From a virus, in IMG/VR virus record IMGVR_UViG_3300016476_000413, positions 1 through 55,580 of that record: DNA of 55,580 bases. One strand, 5' to 3'. Of this stretch, positions 51,396-55,580 are shown one piece after another. Within the stretch, counting starts at the first letter, position 1. Each line of letters starts with the position of its first letter. The notes beneath the pieces were generated by a model that saw nothing but the letters and a program-made list of their open reading frames with translations, made no database searches and was not told where the DNA came from. A program made the position numbers and the translations under genes.

Positions 51396-51730
51396 GCGAG
51401 AAGACAGAAGCAAGACTGGCCGAGCTGCGCCAGATGTCGGAGGAGTTTGCGACCGCCTATGCCGAGCGCACCTACCTCGAGGAGTTCCGCAAGTCCAAGC
51501 TGGCGATGCTGATGCAGGACGCAGAGCGGGCCGGGTTCACGAGTGCAGCAGCACAGGAGCGTGAGGCACGCGCCCACAAGGAATACCGCGATCTGTTGGA
51601 CAACCTCAAGCTGGCCGTCGAGAAGAGCGAGAAGCTGCGCTGGCACCTCGAAGTGGCGAAGCTGGGCGTCGCAATCTGGCAGACCGAGAACGCAAACCAA
51701 CGAGCAGAGAGAAGGGCATACGGAGCATGA
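51392..51730 (+). CDS. hypothetical coiled-coil protein (112 aa)
   Basis: The ATG at 51392 overlaps the upstream stop. RBS GAAGGAG. Confidence 0.55.
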   Translation: MSEKTEARLAELRQMSEEFATAYAERTYLEEFRKSKLAMLMQDAERAGFTSAAAQEREARAHKEYRDLLDNLKLAVEKSEKLRWHLEVAKLGVAIWQTENANQRAERRAYGA

Positions 51731-51954
51731 GCGCACTGAACAAGCAGGTATCTGGCGATCACTACAAGAGCAAGCTGATCCAGCCGGTCGAGTACATCCA
51801 TGCCAACGAGATCGGGTTTTTCGAAGGCAACGTCATCAAGTACGTCACCCGCTGGCGGGAGAAGGGCGGCATCGCTGACCTCGAAAAGGCCAAGCACTAC
51901 ATTGAACTGTTGATTGAGTTTGAGGAGAAGCGCCGTGCAGCAGCCAACACTTGA
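51727..51954 (+). CDS. DUF3310-like protein
   Basis: 75 aa. GDHYKSKLIQPVEYIHANEIGFFEGNVIKYVTRWREKGGIADLEKAKHYIELL matches the DUF3310 pattern. Confidence 0.7.
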   Translation: MSALNKQVSGDHYKSKLIQPVEYIHANEIGFFEGNVIKYVTRWREKGGIADLEKAKHYIELLIEFEEKRRAAANT

Positions 51955-52267
51955 GCAAGCCATTCGCCAAGGCGAGCGGGGCGCACTCGCAGCAGCCGAG
52001 CACGCTGACTGGGACTCGATGGGCTGGACACAGAAGGCGTCTGTTCTGTTCCTCGACTATGCCCGCGACGTGATGCTGGGCCAGCCGTTTCTCACAGAGG
52101 ATGCCAGAGCATGGGCTGAGTCCAAGGGCTTGCCGCCACCTCCCGACAAGCGAGCATGGGGCTTCATCGCCAAGGCCATGCGTGAGTCGCGGCACGTGGT
52201 GTTCGCGGGCTACGCGCCAGCCAAGACCTCCAACGGTTCGCCGAAGTGTCTGTGGAGGCTGTGGTGA
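51935..52267 (+). CDS. hypothetical protein (110 aa)
   Basis: GTG at 51935 follows GAGGAGAAGCGCC. Confidence 0.5.
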   Translation: MQQPTLEQAIRQGERGALAAAEHADWDSMGWTQKASVLFLDYARDVMLGQPFLTEDARAWAESKGLPPPPDKRAWGFIAKAMRESRHVVFAGYAPAKTSNGSPKCLWRLW

Positions 52268-52608
52268 GAAAGCCGATTCCTCCACATCTGTCCTTCGCCC
52301 AAGCGCTGTCCCGTGGGTTCGTGGAGCGGATGGAGGATCGGGCCTACATGGATTGGGTCAAGCGCCTGCCGTGCGTCTCATGCCACGCACCAGCCGACGA
52401 CCCGCACCACCCTTACGGTCTGGGCTTCAAGGGGATGGGCACCAAGGTTCCCGACTACTGGGTCATCCCCCTTTGCCGCAACTGCCATGACGCCCTGCAC
52501 CACGACGTCGCGGGGTGGGAGGCGGTCAATGGCACGCAGGATCATCACGCCTTGCTCACCCTCACGCAGGCGCTGTACGAGGGGAGGCTGGCGCGGTGTT
52601 CAGACTGA
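52264..52608 (+). CDS. DUF968-like Cys/His-rich protein (HNH-related)
   Basis: The GTG overlaps the upstream TGA, with GGAGG upstream. YMDWVKRLPCVSCHAPADDPHH...VIPLCRNCHDALHH. Confidence 0.6.
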   Translation: MRKPIPPHLSFAQALSRGFVERMEDRAYMDWVKRLPCVSCHAPADDPHHPYGLGFKGMGTKVPDYWVIPLCRNCHDALHHDVAGWEAVNGTQDHHALLTLTQALYEGRLARCSD

Positions 52609-53141
52609 CTCTTTCCGTCTCCCGTGGGGAGTGCAAGCACGCTGGCTGCGGCAACAAGGCCAGACTGTTCGGCGTCTGTCGGGAGCATGAGAAGCAGGAC
52701 ATCTACCGCTACTTCGAGCAGGCGGTGAAGACCGGGGCTTGCGAGCGCGAGACCCCACCCTGCTTCCGCTCGCCCGAGGAGTGGCACGAGTACGTGGCCG
52801 CATGGGTCTGTGCGAACCACAACAACTTCAGCGGACGAGCTCGCGTGGACTACTGTCGCGACTGCAACCTGAAGTTCAAGGCCGACATGCTCGCGGCCAA
52901 CAGGTGCGGCCACCCAGAGACGGTGTTCATCCGGTCGGAGAAGTTTGGCGGGGATGTCATCGGGGTGTCTGTTGACCACGAGCTGCGCTACACGCAGGCA
53001 TGGGAGACATCTGTTGCCGGTCTGGCCGGCGACGTGGTTGCCATGCCCGACGAGCTCGACCTGACCGAGACCCTGAATAGAATTCAGGTGAAGTCAGCCA
53101 AGAAGAAGCGCGGCCCGAAGCCGAAGAAAGAAGCACCCTGA
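52596..53141 (+). CDS. Cys-rich hypothetical protein (181 aa)
   Basis: GTG at 52596 follows GGGGAGG. Multiple CxxC-type pairs and a basic C-terminus KKKRGPKPKK. Confidence 0.5.
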   Translation: MFRLTLSVSRGECKHAGCGNKARLFGVCREHEKQDIYRYFEQAVKTGACERETPPCFRSPEEWHEYVAAWVCANHNNFSGRARVDYCRDCNLKFKADMLAANRCGHPETVFIRSEKFGGDVIGVSVDHELRYTQAWETSVAGLAGDVVAMPDELDLTETLNRIQVKSAKKKRGPKPKKEAP

Positions 53142-53548
53142 TGTTGTTCTTGCCTTACCCGATCAGCGTGAACAGATACTGGAAAAACTTCCGAGGCCGA
53201 ACGATTCGCAGCGCCGAAGCGATGGCCTACAAGGAAGTGGTTGCCGAGCTCGCCAAGGAGTCCGGCATCAGGATGCACCCCGGCTGTGTTCGCGTCGACA
53301 TGCTGCTGCACCCGGCGCTGCCCAAGGATTGGGAGAAGCGCCAGAAGCGTGACCCGCTGTGGCTGTTGTCTGTTCGCCGGATCGACCTCGACAACGCGAT
53401 GAAGGTCGCGATTGATGCGCTGCAGGGAATCGCCTACGAGAACGACCGACAGATCACCGGGCTGTCCATCGGGCTGGGGCACGCCGTGCAGGATGGTGCG
53501 CTGTCGGTGCGGATCGCGAACGATCTGGTGTGGGGGAGGGCTGCGTAA
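53141..53548 (+). CDS. rusA: RusA-family Holliday junction resolvase
   Basis: 135 aa. LPYPISVNRYW ... RRIDLDNAMKVAIDALQGIAYENDRQI. Confidence 0.85.
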   Translation: MLFLPYPISVNRYWKNFRGRTIRSAEAMAYKEVVAELAKESGIRMHPGCVRVDMLLHPALPKDWEKRQKRDPLWLLSVRRIDLDNAMKVAIDALQGIAYENDRQITGLSIGLGHAVQDGALSVRIANDLVWGRAA

Positions 53549-53630
53549 TGGACCGCCCATATAATCGAAACGCCGAGGTGCGCTAACACCCCGGCGTCTC
53601 TTCCCTACCATCGCCGAAGGAGGGCGACAG

Positions 53631-54143
53631 ATGAGCAAGACGAATTCTCTCACAGCCGAGCGACTGCGCGAGTTGCTGCACTACGATCCTGAGACTGGCC
53701 TCTTTACATGGGCAGTGGAGCGCCGCCGCAAGGTGCAGGCTGGCGCTATTGCAGGGACGTTGAACAAAGTCGGATACAGGGTGATCCGGGTTGATTACCG
53801 GCTTTACCTCGCCCACAGATTGGCATGGCTCTATTCGTATGGCGATTGGCCAAGGGGCGTTATCGACCACGTCAATGGAGAGCACGCAGACAACAGGCTC
53901 TGCAATCTGAGGGATGTTGACGACACGATCAACGCACAGAACGTAATCAAGCCGAGAGCGCACTCGCGCAGCGGAGTGCTTGGCGCACACCTACACATCC
54001 GCGCAGACGGACTGCCATCTTGGAGAGCGACCGTTCGAGTTGATGGCAAGACCGTATACCTCGGCAGTTTTCAGACGCCAGAGCAGGCGCACGAGGCCTA
54101 TCTGTCGGCCAAGCGAGAGCTGCACGACGGTTGCACTTTGTAG
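53631..54143 (+). CDS. HNH homing endonuclease with AP2-like domain (second copy)
   Basis: 170 aa with strong RBS GAAGGAGGGCGACAG. LLHYDPETGLFTW, IDHVNGEHADNRLCNL, and an AP2-like W.ATVRVDGKTVYLGSFQTPEQAHEAY. By-eye identity to 160..654 is roughly 35-40%. Confidence 0.85.
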   Translation: MSKTNSLTAERLRELLHYDPETGLFTWAVERRRKVQAGAIAGTLNKVGYRVIRVDYRLYLAHRLAWLYSYGDWPRGVIDHVNGEHADNRLCNLRDVDDTINAQNVIKPRAHSRSGVLGAHLHIRADGLPSWRATVRVDGKTVYLGSFQTPEQAHEAYLSAKRELHDGCTL

Positions 54144-54152
54144 GGGTGGTGA

Positions 54153-54647
54153 ATGATTTTCCGTAGCGCAGAACAGGCGGTCCGCTTTTCCTACAACGTC
54201 TCCGAGCGGGCCGAGTACGCAAGGACGAATCTGTTTGGGATGAGGGGAACGAGTCAGGAGGATCTGACCCCGATGGATCTTCACGCACAGGCGGCGATGA
54301 TCCAGAGCCAAGTGAGTCGGCTGCACCCGGTCGAGCGCAGTTCGATCTTGGCGATGTATGGGAGGGGGAAGGATAGGACAGACGCGATCCGTGAGCTGGC
54401 CCTGTACCTTGAGCCGCTGGTCTCCGGTTCATTACCCGGGAAGGGAGACCTGATGATCGTGATCTGTCACTGGACGACGCGCCGTCCTTCGATCCGGGCA
54501 ATCGCAGAGGACAGGGGTGTGAGTTACAGGAAGGTGTGCGCTTGGAGGTCCGCCGTACTCCGGGCGTTGGTGCCACTGCAGGCCAGAGCAATCGGCAGAC
54601 TCCATGAACAGTTGGTCAGCTCAGGCTTTGAGATTCAATCGGCCTGA
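54153..54647 (+). CDS. sigma-like / HTH late-gene regulator candidate
   Basis: 164 aa. LHPVERSSILAMYG and SIRAIAEDRGVSYRKVCAWRSAVLRAL resemble sigma regions 3-4. It is the last gene of the rightward early operon. Confidence 0.45.
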   Translation: MIFRSAEQAVRFSYNVSERAEYARTNLFGMRGTSQEDLTPMDLHAQAAMIQSQVSRLHPVERSSILAMYGRGKDRTDAIRELALYLEPLVSGSLPGKGDLMIVICHWTTRRPSIRAIAEDRGVSYRKVCAWRSAVLRALVPLQARAIGRLHEQLVSSGFEIQSA

Positions 54648-55062
54648 GACCCGGGCCGTACCATACGCGCCGGTTGGCCGTGACTGACGGGTACTTGCGG
54701 TAGTCATAGGCACCCGGTCTGTCGCAGTTGTCGCCGAGCTCCTTGCCGTCGTACACGGGGCGAGCAAAGAGGTCGTTGTGGTTGGCCGACTTGCGCCAGC
54801 GCACCGACTCCACCGCCTTGCCGCCCAGCACGAGGTAGGCGTCCATGCCGTCGTTGGTGATCGTCCACTGGTCGAACCCAACAGATCGGATGTAGCCCCT
54901 GCGGTTGAGCTCCGCCAGCACGAGGCGCAGGTTGGTGATGTCCTTGCGCCGGCCCATCTTGGTGACGATGTTGAGCGTGGACAGATTCTCTTCGCACAGC
55001 ATGGTCAGGATCTTGTGCTGCAGGCTGTTGCGTTCGAAGTAAAGGTCGTAGGGTTGAATCAT
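54616..55062 (-). CDS. winged-helix DNA-binding protein candidate (148 aa)
   Basis: The ATG at 55062 overlaps the upstream stop (ATGA). KILTMLCEENLSTLNIVTKMGRRKDITNLRLVLAELNRRGYIRSV. The 3' end overlaps 54153..54647 by 32 nt (convergent). Confidence 0.5.
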   Translation of the reverse strand: MIQPYDLYFERNSLQHKILTMLCEENLSTLNIVTKMGRRKDITNLRLVLAELNRRGYIRSVGFDQWTITNDGMDAYLVLGGKAVESVRWRKSANHNDLFARPVYDGKELGDNCDRPGAYDYRKYPSVTANRRVWYGPGLRPIESQSLS

Positions 55063-55466
55063 GATGATGCGCGAGTTGCTTTGCCGAAGAGTGCAGCGAC
55101 GAGTGGGTCGCGCTGCGGTTGCTTTTTGCGCCAGTATGCGGCGCGGCTCTTTGCCTTGATGTCCTCCCATGCGCCAGACTTGCGAGCGTTGCGCCGGTAC
55201 TTGCGTGTCCGCTCGAGGTCTGTTGATAGTCGGGGCTTGGGTGGAACGTACCCCTTCCGCGCAGGGCCGGGGTGGTAGATCGCAATCAAGGGTCCGCCGC
55301 TGGGCGACACCTTGTAGCGATGTAGGTGGGCTTCGTTATTGGCGACAAGGTCTTCGACCCAGCGCCAGACTGTTGCAAGACCGAGGCCGGTGGCGGCGAT
55401 GATCTCATCCCGTGATCCGGGCATCGCCTCCAAGACCTTCAGTCTGTTGGCTCGCTTGGTTGCCAT
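55059..55466 (-). CDS. HTH DNA-binding protein (135 aa)
   Basis: N-terminal SRDEIIAATGLGLATVWRWVEDLV and a basic C-terminal half. Confidence 0.55.
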   Translation of the reverse strand: MATKRANRLKVLEAMPGSRDEIIAATGLGLATVWRWVEDLVANNEAHLHRYKVSPSGGPLIAIYHPGPARKGYVPPKPRLSTDLERTRKYRRNARKSGAWEDIKAKSRAAYWRKKQPQRDPLVAALFGKATRASS

Positions 55467-55580
55467 GCGTTCTTCTCCCGCAGCTTGGCTTCGACTTTCC
55501 GCATCGCCTCGATTTTTCCAAACAGGGTGCTGCGGCAGCCAAGTTCAATTTCTTCAAACTCCTCATCCGTCAGCCCCACC
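55439..55580 (-). CDS. C-terminal part of the junction-spanning ORF (see 1..173)
   Basis: In frame with 173..1 once the 21-nt overlap is collapsed. The segment ...EEFEEIELGCRSTLFGKIEAMRKVEAKLREKNAWQPSEPTD ends at TGA 55441..55439. Confidence 0.5.
   Translation of the reverse strand, partial: VGLTDEEFEEIELGCRSTLFGKIEAMRKVEAKLREKNAWQPSEPTD
55560..55580. repeat. Terminal overlap (identical to 1-21)
   Basis: See the first feature. Confidence 0.9.

Noticed and set aside
55560-55580. The 21-nt terminal repeat as a biological direct terminal repeat or cos end.
   Set aside because: It falls inside a coding frame that is intact only when the overlap is collapsed. The length equals a common assembler k-mer, and there are no packaging-signal features at this position.

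Overview
The window is one complete, circularly closed phage genome. Bases 1-21 are identical to 55560-55580, and an ORF reads in frame across that junction, so the unique length is about 55,559 bp. The DNA is GC-rich, and most long antisense or alternative-frame ORFs in the track are shadow ORFs. Gene content indicates a temperate, podovirus-like phage: no tape-measure, sheath or tube gene, but internal-virion proteins and a giant 2653-aa virion protein.

Layout:
- (i) A long leftward operon runs 7915 -> 1 and wraps to 55580 -> 54616. It carries small proteins, HTH and sigma-region-4-like regulators, an AAA+ (CobS/MoxR-like) ATPase with a vWA-like partner, and an HNH-AP2 endonuclease.
- (ii) A 1.6-kb protein-free, hairpin-dense block occupies 7916-9546.
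- (iii) The rightward packaging, head, tail, lysis and ejection module spans 9547-43092: terS, terL, portal, scaffold, major capsid, S74-chaperone tail fibre, an embedded lysis cassette with Rz/Rz1-type spanins, a J-like protein, a GNAT, internal virion proteins and the giant polyvalent protein.
- (iv) The leftward lysogeny and recombination module spans 48294 -> 43064. It holds a Rad52-like SSAP, YqaJ exonuclease, SSB, MazG-like protein, xis and int, with a tRNA-Ser(CGA) 3'-fragment attP next to int.
- (v) The rightward replication and late-control module spans 48576-54647: DUF1376-like protein, CHC2 zinc-finger primase-like protein, DnaB-like helicase, DUF3310-like, DUF968-like, RusA, a second HNH-AP2 and a sigma-like late regulator.

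No rRNA, intact tRNA, CRISPR array, reverse transcriptase or recognisable defence island was seen.

Observations most worth follow-up:
- the hairpin-dense non-coding block;
- a roughly 10-fold genome-wide excess of the hexamer TCTGTT/AACAGA in all reading frames;
- an immunity-type region with operators and promoters but only a truncated S24-peptidase remnant in place of a repressor;
- an AT-rich, GATC-rich iteron block inside the DUF1376-like gene, which shares a 13-mer with the non-coding block;
- the giant polyvalent virion protein.
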